From positions 40,302,001 through 40,366,000 of the forward strand of contig NC_086108.1 in the NCBI RefSeq assembly GCF_963921235.1: a stretch of DNA of 64,000 nucleotides, in the 5' to 3' direction. Numbering within the stretch: the stretch's first letter is position 1; each line of letters starts with the position of its first letter. Below, one piece after another: positions 14,601-29,600 of this stretch. The DNA is from Mobula hypostoma. Lineage: Eukaryota. The notes under the pieces are model-generated. The model made no database searches. It was not told the origin of the DNA and worked only from the letters and a program-made list of their open reading frames with translations. The position numbers and the translations under genes are program-made.

Positions 14601-17600
14601 CACAGAGGTTCCCCAGTTGTTTTTTAATCAAAATGCTTAAAAAAACAAATAGCCGCAATATATTATCTTTGAGGACAATGCGTCAAGTCATCCAGCTTTT
14701 CTTGTTGGAAGCATGTCTACATTGATGATACATTATGAATGAGAGTGGTCTTGTAACCTGGGTTTTGCTGAGCATCAATGGCTCCCACTCAACAAGACTG
14801 AAATCACCTCTGGTATTAATAAATACCCTGCTAAATGCAGAAACCTTCAGCTTATTAGCAATCTTTCCCTGATCTTCGGCAGTTTGGGATTACTGGCTCT
14901 ACGTGTGGAACCTCTAGAAACCCATTTTCAAATGTGACTTGAAAAAAGTTACCCATCTTGTTATCATACTGAATACCAGTGTAAAGTCATGGTAACTACT
15001 TCTTTGAGAAGTTGCATGTAAGTGCAAAATAGTGTAGAAGGTGTAAATCTGAAATAAGAAGAATTCGCCATTTTCTTAGCTCATTAGGAAACAACCATGG
15101 AGAATTTTGCTGAAATAATGAATTTGATCATTTCTAATCTGCTCTCTGTTTGCTGCATTTTCTGATATTAAACTGAAAGAACTTCTGACCAATAACTCCA
15201 GGTTTCTCAGGAGAAATGATGCTTCAGGTATTTTAAAATGCCAGAATTTACCTTAAGTTAAAATTTAATATTTGTTCAACATGTACTTCATAATAGAGTT
15301 TCTAGGATTCAACCTTCATTATATTCCTTGGAGCAATGATGGAAATATGACTTAGATTGCATTTTAACTTTTATTTTGCTCTTTGTGTAGCCTCTTCACT
15401 GATTGGTTGATGCCCAATTGTGCTTTCTACTTGTCATACTCACATCAAATTTAGTCTTTCATCAGCAGGCTTACTCAAAACTAATCAAGTTCAGTTAAAG
15501 TCTGTGGACAACTGTTAGCAATGAGAATGATGTGAACGATTCCTGAAGAGTTAGACGTTCATTCCTATCTATTCAGGTATCCCATGCATTATTCCTCTCA
15601 CATTTGATCTTCCTACAGGTCACTCCTCACTCACATTCACCAGCACGGCCTCTTCATCAGTGAACATCTTATTTATAGCAGGTTCAAGTAGATCCATAGA
15701 GATGATCTTGCTTTTTATTTTTAAATCCCAATCTTCAGAAACCGTATGTGCAAGATGTATTGACATTCTTCTAAACCCTTAATGATACCTAATTCAATCT
15801 TTCTCCAGATCCCATACAGGGTGCTAACATGCTGAGTTGCCTTGCAGAGGAGAATGCTGTACAAATCACATGTCCTCAACAATTCAGTGGGATTTGATAA
15901 TTACATAATGATTATAGAATCATAAAGAATAATATAGCATTGAAGAGTTGGTGAATTAATCAGCTGTAGCTTTTTGTTTAAGCTGTTTATATAATCCCAG
16001 TCCTCTGTTCTTTCCCTGTGGTAACCTTAATTTCACAGAGAGAGCAGCAATTCAAGTTGAATTTTTCCATATCTGTACTATATTGACGGAAATCTAAAAC
16101 AAAAGGATCTAAAAGGATTTGGGTTTTTAAGTCACATGGATGTTAATATATTGGTTAATGTCAAACAAAGGCTTATGCAAACTTGTGTAATGACATTGAA
16201 AATCAAGTCATCTGAACCTCATTTATTTGGGGTGGGGGAATAATGCATCTGAAGATTTGGTCTGAAACCCAGCCTGTGGGTTGCATGTGTTGAGGTGTAC
16301 CAGGCACTACTCCTCACACTTTAGATTTTCACTCTTCAATCGCACTCACGGCCACTGGCCACCAACACTACTACATTCAAAGCACGTCCCTGATTGTCCA
16401 CAGAGATGCACTGGCTTTTCATTTTCAAAATCAAATGCATAATAAGTGCCCAGAACTTATTGCTGGCATGTAATTTTCCCTTAAGGATGCAAATTAAAAT
16501 CATTCCCAGACTGTTTGTATTGTGCTGAAAAGCACAGTTAAAGTACATTGAGGACCATTTGAGGTGGAGAGCGGTGTAAATAGCTCCTTCCCACTTTATA
16601 GCACAGTGTTGGTTGTAGTTACTTCCTTTCTGGCTGTGGCATGCATTACTCTTCAGTTTTCTGTTCTTCCTGCAGATCTCTCATCACTCACACCCACCAG
16701 CACGGCTCCACCAGCAGTAACTATTTCATTTGCAAAGGTTCCAAGCAGGTCCACAGAGATATCACAGCTTTGTGTTTTAAAATCCTAATGTTTATAAAAC
16801 AAATGGCTGCAAACTATTGTCTGTATCAGGTTTTCGGTGAAAAGCACCAAATTCAAACTACCTTTAGAAAGTTTTGTGACAAGCTGAATAAAACCACTTG
16901 CAAAGGGAAAATCTGAAAATCCATTCCATCCTGCTTTACAGCAAAGACTGGGCTGTGGTTTCCAGCTTTTCAGGTATGGTATTACAGCTCACACTCATTT
17001 CCTTCCAACAGTGACTACTTCAATCACAACAGCCTCAAGTAGGTCCACCGATTACAACAGGTCGTGTCTGTAATGTTTTGATAAGATTTGATTTTCACGA
17101 AATGATGTCAGAATCAAAGTGAATTATTTTTGCTCAATCAAAAGATTGAATGATATTTTAAATGTAATATTTTTTCTCATTCAACATGATTCTGTTTGGA
17201 TTTCGTTAGACATTGTGAAGAAAATATTCTCTACATCGCAATGCACGGAGAATACAAATGATTGAGACAAAATGTTTGGTGTATTTATCTTTACTGTATG
17301 CAACATCGTATGGATTTTCTTGTTTGATGTACTTCTACATTGGTAATACTTTAGAAATGACAGTGTTCTTGTTGCCTGGGTTCTGCTGAACACTTATAGC
17401 TGCAACTAAACAAGACCAATAACATCTCTGGCATCAACAAAAGCTCTATTAAATGCATAAGTCTTTAGGTTATCAGCAACTTTGCACCTTTGGGATTACC
17501 ATCACTGCATGTAGAACCTCTGTAGAAATTCATTTTCAAATGTGACCTGAAGCAAATTGCACTAAATAACAGTTTAGGGTAACAAGATCATCAGGAAGTT

Positions 17601-20600
17601 ACATGTAACTGCAAAATAGTGCAGGTGGTGAAAATCTGAAATAAGAAATATTCTGCTAATCAGGAGGCATCCACAGAGAGTTTTGCTGAGGGATTAATGA
17701 TTTTGATTATTTCTGATCCTGGCTGTGTCTGCAAAATTCCCTTATATTAAATTAAAGGAACTTCTGAAAAATAAGCTGCGGTAAACCTCTGTTAATGTGT
17801 GTTGCCTCGCAGATGAGAATGCTGTACAATCCACATGCACTCATTATTTCAGCAGGATTTAATAATTACAAAATGAGTGTAAATTTTGAAAGGATAATGC
17901 AGGGTGGAACTATTTATTTTATAGAATCCATCAGTAGCTGCTGTTTGTTTCATCTTTTTAAATCATCCCATTCCTCTGCTTGTTCCTAGTGCTCAATAAA
18001 ACATCTACATTTCGGGCTAAATCTTTTTCTGTCCTTTTTTTTTGGGTGGGAATCATTTAAATCTGAGGTGCACGAACAACATTCTCTCAAGGGGGGAGCA
18101 AATCTCTGGAATTCTTTACCCCAGAGGGTTGAGAAGGTTAGATCATTGGAGGTATTTACAGAGGAAGTAGATAAAGTTTGGGAAATGGAGAGCTGTGAAG
18201 ACCTAACACAGAAGGGGACTTGAGACTGAGGGAGACCAGCCAAGATCATATTGATTGGCTGGGGAGATTTAAGAACCCAAGCTACCAAATCCTGATCCTG
18301 CTATATTATGTTGAATGCCAACATTTAGTTTTAAGTAGACCTTATCTTTATTCTTAATATCTTTAATATAATTCTCTAGCTGTATCCCGACCTTTATAAT
18401 GGCCCATATGGAACAATCTCCAGGGGTTCCCAACCTAGGGTCCAGGGACCCTTTGTTTAATGGTATTGGTCCATGGCATAAAAAAAGGTTGGGAACCCCT
18501 GATCAGTATAGTTTTCTATATTGCTCGTTTTTACCTGCTTCTTCTATCTGACTGGTTGATAACCTTTCTTTCCATTTTTTAAATTTCAAAATATACTGTA
18601 TTCAAAAATAAATATATACTATAAACCATTCAATAACTTTCCATCATTTACATACGTTTCCATTATAGTCAGTACATATCCGTATTTATAGCCACCCATG
18701 TGGCACTCCGGTAGTTCAGCTTACCATATCATTGTTGAGGGGTATACTCCCCGCCTCCCGACCCCTCCCACTCCCATGGGTGGAGAAACCTATACTGTGG
18801 TCCTTCCCCACCGGGCCCTTGCGGTGGCTGCACCGAGTTTCAGTGCTTCCCTCAGCACGTACTCCTGCAGCCGAGAATGTGCCAGTCGGCAGCATTCTCC
18901 CACGGACATCTCCATGTGCTGGTAGATCATCAAGTTTCGGGCCGACCAAAGAGCGTCTTTCACCGAGTTGATGATCTGCCAGCAGCACCGGATGTTGGTC
19001 TCCGTGTGCACCGGGAACAGCCCATAGATCAGAGAGTCCTCTGTTACGCAGCTGCTGGGGATGAAACCTGACACTAGCCCGTCCATCCTCCTCCACACCC
19101 TCTTTGCGAACTGGCAGTGTGCAAAGAAGTGGGTCACAGACTCCTCACTGCAGTCCTCCCGTGGGCAGTGGGGTGCGGAGACGACGTTCTGGGCGTACAG
19201 GAGGTCTCTGACTGGGAGGGCCCCTCTCACCGCCAGCCAGGCGAGGTCTTGGTGCCTGTTGGTGAGATCTGGCGATGAGGCATTTTGCCAGATGAACTGG
19301 ACAGTCTGCTCAGAGAACCACCCCACTGTGTCCATCACGTCCTTCTCCTGCAGTGCCTGCAGGACATTACGTGCTGACCACTGCCCGATGGCCCTGTGGT
19401 CAAAGGCGTTCTCCTGGAAGAACTTTGCTACGTAGGACAGGTATGCCGGCAACGACCAGCTGACTTTCTTTCCATTTGATTTGCTAAATGAGGCCGTGGA
19501 TCCTCTCTTTGAAAATGCCCAATGTAACAGCAAAAGATCTGGTTCATGCTGATAATCCTTTTAAAGATGGTGGGCAACCATTTGTAAGAATACTGTTTGC
19601 CATTTCTTTATACTTTATAGCAAAGCCTAAGCTACTGTATAACATTTGTATATTCGGTTGTGAGATGCATTAGAATTCTCGCTTTTGTTCTTTGAGGTAA
19701 TCAGTTAGCACTCATATCCACCAGCATGGCTCCAATAACAGTCACACCAGGTTTAAGTATGCTTTGTCAGCAGATTGTCTCCATCTAATCATCTGATGTT
19801 TGTTATCCAATTATTACTTTATTACTCAGACTTTTTTTCTGCTTAATTTTCCTTCTACTGCACTCTTGATGGGAGAAAATCCATGCGTTTTCAAGGTAGC
19901 TGGTGCTTAGTTTACCATGGAAAACGATGTTTATGTAATTCCTTTCAAAGAGTTTACAAGTATAAAGCAAAAGGTTTTATTAAACTTGAGTTTAAATGAG
20001 ACAGGAAATTGTAATTCCCAGTTTAGAGCTTCCACCAGGTTTCTAATTGATCATAACCATTAGTGAGTGACTGCTTTATTCACTCAATATATATGCATAC
20101 TTTTTTACTGCAACATTTCATCAATATTGATGGCTGATGACCAGTAGCATGAATGTCCTTGTTAAATTGTACCATTTTGAATGACCTTTCACAGCATCTC
20201 TGCTACTTTGAGACCACGAGTTTCTATTTATAACGGAAACATTATATCATCCACACCACTACAATAACCAGAATACTGGAATAAATAGCCAAGTTCTTCA
20301 CAAGGCTAAATCTGTATTAATTTAGCTAAGAAAACAATGTGTTACTACTTTCAGTAATTCTATTTGGATTTCTAAGTGATTGTTGATAAAATGCTTGTAC
20401 ATACAATTGTAATATATATTGCTGCTTAGGGTTCAGTTTCTCCTTTAGATTACAGCCTTTGTCCACAATTCAACCAAAAGAAATTACTTTCAAAAGGCTT
20501 GCTTGCATCAATCTGGCCTTTCTACATGGTACACAGCATGGATTTGATGGATCTGAGCCATCATATTAATATTTCATTTTGGCTTTTATAGCCTTGAGTT

Positions 20601-23600
20601 TTGGTCTTCCAGCAGTTCACTCCGACAACTATTTGTAAGGAGATTGGTGTAAGCAATTCTTTAACAGTTTATAGCAAAGCTGAAGTGTTGGTAAGTGTAT
20701 GGTCATGCACTTTGGCAGCAGAAACAAAAGAATAGACTTCTTTTAAAATCGGCAGAAAGTTCTAAAATGTGAGGTGCAAATGGCCATGGGAATCCTCGTG
20801 CAGGATTCCCTAAAGGCTAACCCATAGTTGACAACTCTTCTTGCACCCGTGGCAGTTCACAATAGAAGAAATACTCTGGTGTCCCAGGTGATATAGGGCA
20901 CGCATTTCATGGGACTGGGAATTTCTACTGATATTTCCATTTGTGGCATGTATTTTCACTCACTGTTTTCTTTATCCCGCAGATCACTCTTCACTCACAT
21001 ACACCAGCACGGCTCCATCAGTAACCACAACTAGTGCAAGTATGTCCATGAATAGTTCTAACTCTGACATCAGTATTTCTGTGCAACACACACAAAATGC
21101 TGGAGGAAATCAGCAGGTCAGGCAGCATCTATGGGAATGAATGGACAGTCGAGGTTTCAGGTGGAAACCCTTCTTCCAGTATTTTATATGTGTTGCTCTG
21201 GACTTCCAGCATCTGCAGAATATCTTGTGTTTATCACTATTGATATCCCCAATGAATTTACATCACCTCTAACATTTTTATACAGCCCCTTTGTTGTTCT
21301 GATAATGTTTGCATCACTATTTACCATATGACTAGAACGTCCTCTACATCCATTGAGAATCACAGCATTGAAGAGGTGATTCAAAAAACTAATTCTTTTA
21401 GGCTAAATTGGCACTTGAGACTTTTAAAAATAAATTTCTAGGTTTGCCCGATTGAATTATCCTTGTATTATATTCATTGTAAATGACTGATTATATAATG
21501 TTTATAAGTATATTTCGGGCACAGACCATTACTCCTGTACAGACCATTGGTCTTTGATTACATCCTGTAAATGGTGCATCAGCAATAACCTTCATTAAGC
21601 TTCATTTATCTTTATGGAAACACATCATCTTCTTATTTTGGTACCACAAGGTATACGTCCTATAGTGTATTGACGAGGAAGTGTTGGGGACTGAGGGGAC
21701 TGAGGGGCCTGTTCCATCTCACTATGTCGTAACCAGTTGTTTGTCACAATGTTCAATTGGTCTTATTCTTATAGACTTTCTCCATTTGTATCTTCTTACT
21801 AATCATGGGCAATTGTAGTTATTACCTCAAAGTAGTCTGCTGGAAAGACACCTTATGTCACATGCCAGTGATAATAAACCTGATTCTGATTCTCTATTGA
21901 GGGCCTGTCCTTTCACCTCCTCCCTTCTTGATATCCTAAGACACTCACAGTGTGCCACAAATATTCTCAAGGTAAAGTACATTGGTTCAGTGATGAAACC
22001 ATTCCTGCTCACATCTATTTCCAGAGCATAAGCCTGAGGAGAAATCAAAGGAGACCTGTTGGGCTGGTCTCCATTCTGTTTGGAATTGTTAGTGATTCTT
22101 GATAAAATGCTTGTACATGCAATTGTAATACATCTTGCTGTTCATGGTTTAGTTCTCCATTAGATCAGAGCCTTTATCCACAATCCAACCAAAAGAAATA
22201 GTTGTTACTAATTTCAAAATGTTTGCTTGAATGAAATGTGGTCTTTCTACATTGTACACAGCATGCACTTGTTGGGTCTGAGTCATCATTTAAATATTTC
22301 ATTGCAGGTTATGTAGCTTTAGTTAGCTTTGGTCTGCCACTCAGATAACTGTTCGTGAAGAGATTGGTGTAAGCCACTCTTTAACAGGTTATAGCAAAAC
22401 TTATGTTGGGACGTGTATGGTCATGCACCTTGGTAGAAGAAATAAAAGCATAGACTATTTTGTAAATGGACAGAAGTTTCAAAGATCCAAGGTGCAAATG
22501 GTCCTGGATGTCCTCGTGCAGGATTCCCTAAAGGTGAACTTGCAGACTGAGTTATTGATGAGGAATGCAAATTTAATGTTAGTATTTGTTTTGAGAGAAT
22601 TAGAATGTAAAAGCAAGAATGTACTGCTGAGGTTTATAAGGCATTGGTCAGACAACACTTGTGGCATTGTGAGCAACCATGGACTTCTCATCTAAGAAAA
22701 GATGTGCTTACATTGGAGAGGGTTTAGAGGAGGTTCACCAGAATGATTTTGAGAATGAAAGGGTTATCCTATCGGCAGAGTTTCATGGCTCTGTGACTGT
22801 ACTCACTGAAATTTAGAATACTGTCTGGGGATCTCATTGAACTATCAAATTTTGAAAAGCCTACATGGAGTAGATGTAGAGAGGATGTTTCCTATCAAAA
22901 CTATCGTAGGGGTAGTCTTGAAACAAAGGGTACAGCATCACAAGAGGAGGACATTGATTGAGAATGGAAATGAGGAGGAATTTCTTGAGCCATATGGTAT
23001 TGAATCTGTGGAATTCATTGCCACAGACAGTTGTGGAGGCTCGGGCACTGGGTACATTTGAGGTGGAGATTGATAGGTTCTTGATTAGTCAAGCCATAAA
23101 GATTGCAGGTAGAAGGCAGGAGATTGGGGCTGAGAGAGAAATGGATCAGCCATGATGAAATGGTGGAGCAGACTCAGTGGGCCAAATGACTTATTTCTGC
23201 TCCTATATATTATGGTCTTACGAAATGTCGGAGCACATTTGATGGGCTGAATAGATTAATTCTGCTCCTCTCTCTTTTTGCCTTATGGTCTTGGGCTGTT
23301 TGGCGTGCACTGCACTTCCCACTATTTTTCTTCTGACAGATCACTCAGCACTTACAGCCACTAGCACGGCTTCTTCATCAGTGAACACTACATTAACAAA
23401 TGGTTCAATATGTCCACAGGGATGATCCTGTCTTACATATTTAAAGCAATATGTTAAAAAAAACTGCATGCTAACAATACATTGACAGCATCTAACATTA
23501 ATTTAAAGGCAGCTAATTTAGTATATTACCGTACGAGTTTTGCCATGCAGACAAGTTCAGTTAAATCCTGTTGATAACCGTTTGGAAGGTGAATGGTATA

Positions 23601-26600
23601 AGCTATTCCATCTCAGTTCATAGTGAAGCTGAGGATGTGGTTTCTATTAGTTTGGATGTTGCATGCGTCTCCTCACATTTCTGATCTTCCAACAGATCAC
23701 TCGTCACTCACACTCACCAGCACGGCTACTTCAGCAGTGAATACTTCATCGGTATCAGTATCAGTCAAAGCTACGAAAGCTCCTAATATTGGCAAGTTCT
23801 CTCAGTGCGATTTAAGAGTTTTCTCTGCCCTGTACTAATTGTAATCAATATATGCCATTAAATTTGGTAATTAAATATTCTGATATTAACGTCACCACTT
23901 CCACTCCTCCCTTATGTTTTTATGTGGATTATAACATTGCCTGTAAACTTGCTGTTCAATTTCCCTCAACATTCTCACTCCCAACATACTTATTTTCCGT
24001 AGTCATCAGTTCAACTTCTTCACCAATCATCTTTCCAACATCCTTTCACACAACTATGGTTGTTTATAGACCCATTATTGCATCTCTCCATTTTTATCAG
24101 AGTTTCGCTTATCTGCCTCATGGTTCTCACACAATTAATTGTTTGCTATCCCATTTTCATTATTTTAAACTCCTTACCAGTCTCTTACTAATTTTTAGGC
24201 TAATATTTTCATGCCTGCTTTCCCCCTTCTGAACATCTGCTCAGTGTCTCCTTCCCTGAGAAACTCATTTAAATAGCTTCCAATGGCACCAGAAAATTTG
24301 TGAAGATTTTGATCCCAGCCTATGGAGATGCATTCTATTTGGTATATATATGTTTGAACTTCCCTAGACTGTTCCCAATATCCCAATAATCTAAGTCTCA
24401 CATTCCTGCATCATTTCTACAACTATTCATTCATCTGTACAATGTTTCTATTTCTGTACTCACTTGTCTACACAATTGTGATGAATCCAATGACATCAAT
24501 GTTTCAGATCCTGCTCATAATCTCTTTCTTATTGTCTATCGACATCACCTTGTCCTATTTTCCACCTATACTGAATGCACAGATATGGGTCTTGACATCT
24601 GGCTATCAGCTGCTCAGTGATACCATCATGTTGGTGCCAAGGAGGAAACGTGCTGTTTTGAAATCATGTCCATCTACCACTACCATCTTGTTGAGCTTTT
24701 GAAGTCTTGTCCATTCCACTCCCTTTATTTGGAGATGAACTACTTTAGGCGCTATTTATATTGCTGTGGTCTCACTTTACAGGAGAAACTATTGTCCCAT
24801 CTGTATTTAGAATGGACTACTGATTAGGACTATAGATGCCCTCGAAGGACCTCCCAGCTGACCTGCCTATTCAACTTTGCTTATCTAGCAATCACCTACA
24901 GCCTCTCTGGTAGCTTTTTCTTGAGCTACATAGTGGCTATATCCTGAAATGTAATGACCAAGATATATTCCAGAGTGATCTTGGAGGTTGAGCTAACCCA
25001 CAGTTGACAACACTTCCTGCACCTGTGGCAGTTCAGAATACAAGATGTACTCTGGTGTCCCAGGTTGTGTAGGGCAAACATTTCATGGGACTGTGCATTT
25101 TTAATGATATTTCCATTAGTGGCATGTATTTTCACTCACTGTTTTCTTTATCCCGCAGATCACTCTTCACTCACATACACCAGCACGGCTTCATCAGCAA
25201 CCACAACCAGTCCAAGTATGTCCTAACTCTGACATCAGTATTTCTGTGCAACACACACAAAATGCTGGAGGAACACAGCAGGTCAGGCAGCATCTATGGG
25301 ACTGAATGGACAGTCAAGGTTTCAGGTGGAAACCCTTCTTCCAGCATTTTATATGTGTTGCTCTGGACTTCCAGCATCTGCAGAACTTCTTGTGTTTATC
25401 AGTACTGGTAGCACATGGTTAGGATCGATATCCTATCAATATTGACTTGGATGTGTTGGGAACCGAGCGGCTTGTCTCATTTCATTAAGTTGTAACCAGT
25501 TGTTTGTCACAATGTTCAATTGGTCTTACTCTTGTGGACTTTCTCCGTTCTTGTATCTTCTTACCAAACATGGGCAATTGAAGTTATTACCTCAAAGTAA
25601 TTCTGCTGGAAAGACACCTTATGTATAGAGGGCCTGACATTTCACGTCCTCCCTTCCTGACTTCCTGAGACACTCATAGTGTGCCACAAATATCCTGAAG
25701 GTATTTTGATGAATAGTGCATTGGTTCAGAAATGAAAGCATTTCTGCTCACATCTATTTCCAGAGCATAAGCCTGAGGAGAAATCAAAGGCGACCTGTTG
25801 TGCTGGTCTCCATTCTGTTTGGATTTGTAAGTGATTGTTGATAAAATGCTTGGACACGCAATTGTAATATATCTTGTTTCTCCATTAGATCACAGCCTCT
25901 GTCCACATTTCAACCAAATAATTACTGTTATTATTTTCAAAAGGCTTGCTTGTATAAGAACTGGCCTTTCTACAATGAACAGAATGCATTTGATGGTTCT
26001 GAGCTGTCATATTACTATTTCGTTTCAGGTTATATAACTTTAGTTAATTTTAGTCTTTTAGCCGATCACTCAGACAACTATTCATAAGGAGATTGGTGTA
26101 AGCCATCCTTTAACAGTTTATAGCAAAACTAATTGTTGGGAAGTGTATGGTCATGCACTTTGGTAGAAGAAATAAAAGCATAGACTATTTTGTAAATGGA
26201 CAGAAGATTCAAAGATCCAAGGTGCAAATGGTCCTGGATGTCCTCATGCAGGATTCCCTAAAGGTAAACTTGCAGATTGAGCTATAGATGAGGAATGCAA
26301 ATTTAATGTTAGCATTTGTTTTGAGAGGATTAGAATATAAAAGCAAGAATGTACTGCTGAGGTTTATAACGCATTGGTCAGATAACACTTGTGGCATTGT
26401 GAGCAACCATGGACTCCTCATCTAAGAAAGAATGTGCTTACATTGGAGAGGGTTCAGAGGAGGTTCACCAGAATGATTTTGAGAATGAAAGGGTTATCCT
26501 ATTGGCAGAGTTTCATGGCTCTGTGACTGTACTCACTGAAATTTAGAAGAATGTCTGGTGATCTCATTGAACTATCAAATTTTGAAAAGCCTACGTAGAG

Positions 26601-29600
26601 TAGATGTAGAGAAGATGTTTCCCATAGTAGGGGTAGTCTTGAAACAAAGGGTACAGCATCACAAGAGGCAGACATTGATTGAGAATGGAAATGAGGAGGA
26701 ATTTCTTGAGCCATATGGTATTGAATCTGTGGAATTCATTGCCACAGACAGTTGTGGAGGCCCGAGCACTGGGTACGTTTAAGGTGGAGACTGATAGGTT
26801 CTTGATTAGTCAAGCCATAAAGATTACAGGTAGAAGGCAGGAGACTGGGGCTGAGAGAGAAATGGATCAGCCATGATGAAATGGTGGAGCAGACTTGATA
26901 GGCCAAATGACTTAATTCTGCTCCTATATATTATGGTCTTAGGAAATATCAGAGCACATTTGATGAGCTGAATAGATTAATTCTGCTCCTCTCTCTTGTT
27001 GCTTTATGGTCTTAGGCTGTATGGCGTGCACGATTCTTCCCACTTTTTTCCTTCTGACAGATCACTCAGCACTTACAGCCACTAGCACGGCTTCTTCATC
27101 AGTGAACACTACATTAACAAATGGATAAGTATGTCCACAGTGTAAATCCTGTCTTGCAGATTTAAAGCAATATTTAAAGGCAGCTAATTTAGTCTATTAC
27201 CAAATGGCTTTCTCTATGCACTCAAGCTTCGTTAAATCCTGTTGCTAACCATTTGGAAGGTGAGTGGTGTAAGGCATTCCTTCTCAGTTCACAGTGAAGC
27301 TGATGATGTGATTTCTATCTGTCTGGATGTTACATGCACCTCTTCTCACATTTCTGATCTCCCAACAGCTCACTCGTCACGCACATCCACCAGCATGGCT
27401 CCTTCAGCAGTGAATACTTCATCGGTATCAGTATCAGTCACATCCACGGAAGCTGCTAACAGTGGCAAGTTCTCTCAAAGCAATTTAGGAATTTTAACTG
27501 CCATGTACTATTTGTGATGAAAATATGCCATTAAATTTGGTAATTATAATATCCCAATATTAACCTCACCATTTCTACTCCTTCCTTAATTTTTTGTTGC
27601 CCGTAACATTGCCCATAAACTTGCTCTTCAACTTCCCTCAACAGTCTCACTCCCAGCATACTTATTTTCCATAGTTATCAGTTCAACTTCCTCACTAATT
27701 GTCTTTCTAACATCCATTCTCACAACTATGGTTGTTTATTGATCCATTATTGTAATCTCTCCTTCTTTATAACCCCCTCCCCCCAGTTCACGCAAAAGTC
27801 TATGACCATCTGTGTAGTTCTCGATCAACATACTTCGACATGTCTATCAGAGCCTTTGCTTATCTGCCTCATGCCTCTCACACCATTAGATATTTGCTAT
27901 TCCATTCTCATCATTTTAAATTCCTTACCTGTTTCTTACTAATTTTCAGGCTAAAATTTTCATGCCTGCTTTCCCCCTTCTGAACATCTGCTCAGTTTCT
28001 CCTTCCCCTGACAAACTCATTTCAATAGTTTCCAGTGGCACCAGAAAATTTGTGAAGATTTTGATGCCAGCCTACTAAGACACAACCCATTTGGCATATA
28101 TATGTTTCAACTTCCCCAGACTGTTCCTAATATCCCGATAGTTTAAGACTCACTTTCCTGCACCATCTCTACAACCATTCATTCATCTGAACAATGTTTC
28201 TATTTCTGTACTCACTTGGCTACACTGTGGTGATGAATTGAATGATTACAATGTTTAAGGTCCTGCTCATAATCTCTTTCTTATTGTCTCTCTACATCAC
28301 CTTGTCCTGTTTCCCTACTGTACTGAATGCACTGATATGAGTATTGACAGCTGGCTATCAGCTGCTCAGTGATACCACGAAGTTGGTTGCAAGGAGGCAA
28401 CATGCTGTTTTCTGAACAGGTCCATCTGCCACAACTATCTTATCAAGGTATTGAAGTCTTGTCCATACCACTCCCTTTATTTGGAGACGACCTTCTCAAG
28501 TTACCTATCTTCATGGCTCTGGCCTCACTCGACAGGAGAATTTATTCTATCATCTGTATTCAGAATGAACTACTGATTAGGGCTATGGATGCCCTTAAAG
28601 GACCTCCTAACTTAACTGCCTATTCAACTTTGCTTATCTAGCAATCACCAACTGCCTCTCTGGCTGCATTACCTTGAGCTTACAGGGTAGCTATATCCTG
28701 AAATGTGGTCACCAAGATGTATTCTAGAGTGAACTCAGATCTTGAGCTAACCCGCAATTGACCACACTTCCTGCACCGGTGGCCGTTCAGAATACAAGAT
28801 ATTCTTTGGTATCCCAGGTGGTGTACGGCACACATTTCATAGGACTGGGCATTTTTAATGATACTTCTGTTAGTGGCATGTATTTTCACTCACTGTTTTC
28901 TTTATCCCGCAGATCACTCTTCACTCACATACGCCAGCACGGCTCCATCAGCAACCACAACCAGTCCAAGTATGTCCATGAATAGTCCTAACTCTGACAT
29001 CAGTATTTCTGTGCAACACACACAAAATGCTGGAGGAACACAGCAGGTCAGGCAGCATCTATGGGACTGAATGGACAGTCAAGGTTTCAGGTGGAAACCC
29101 TTCTTCCAGCATTTTATATGTGTTGCTCTGGACTTCCAGCATCTGCAGAACTTCTTGTGTTTATCAGTACTGGTAGCACACGGATAGGATTGATATCCTA
29201 TCGATATTGACTTGGATGTGTTGGGAACTGAGCGGTTTGTTTCATTTCATTGAATTGTAACCAGTTGTTTGTCACAATGTTCAATTGGTCTTACTCTTGT
29301 GGACTTTCTCCGTTCTTGTATCTTCTTACCAAACATGAGCAATTAAAGTTATTACCTCAAAGTAATTCTGCTGGAAAGACAACTTATGTATAGAGGGCCT
29401 GACATTTCACGTCCTCCCTTCCTGAGTTCCTGAGACACTCATAGTGTGCCACAAATATCCTGAAGGTATTTTGATGAATAGTGCATTGGTTCAGCAATGA
29501 AAGCATTTCTGCTCACATCTATTTCCAGAGCATAAGCCTGAGGAGAAATCAAAGGCGACCTGTTGTGCTGGTCTCCATTCTGTTTGGATTTGTAAGTGAT

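Larger units (their letters stand above)
13320..17760 (+). repeat. Older tandem duplication, unit ~2.2 kb (13320-15490 vs 15490-17760), each unit with exon, pseudo-exon, exon
   Basis: Shared landmarks: tctgtgg.caactgt...gcaatgagaat (13327/15500), agaggagaatgctgta (13695/15846, third trace ~17810), ctgaaa.ccagcc (14110/16262), cctgggtt.tgctga.ca (14757/17375). Confidence 0.8.

Noticed and set aside
18790..19533. 247-aa ORF as a host gene
   Set aside because: It is the C-terminus of a retrotransposon ORF2; its start lies outside the TSD-bounded element.
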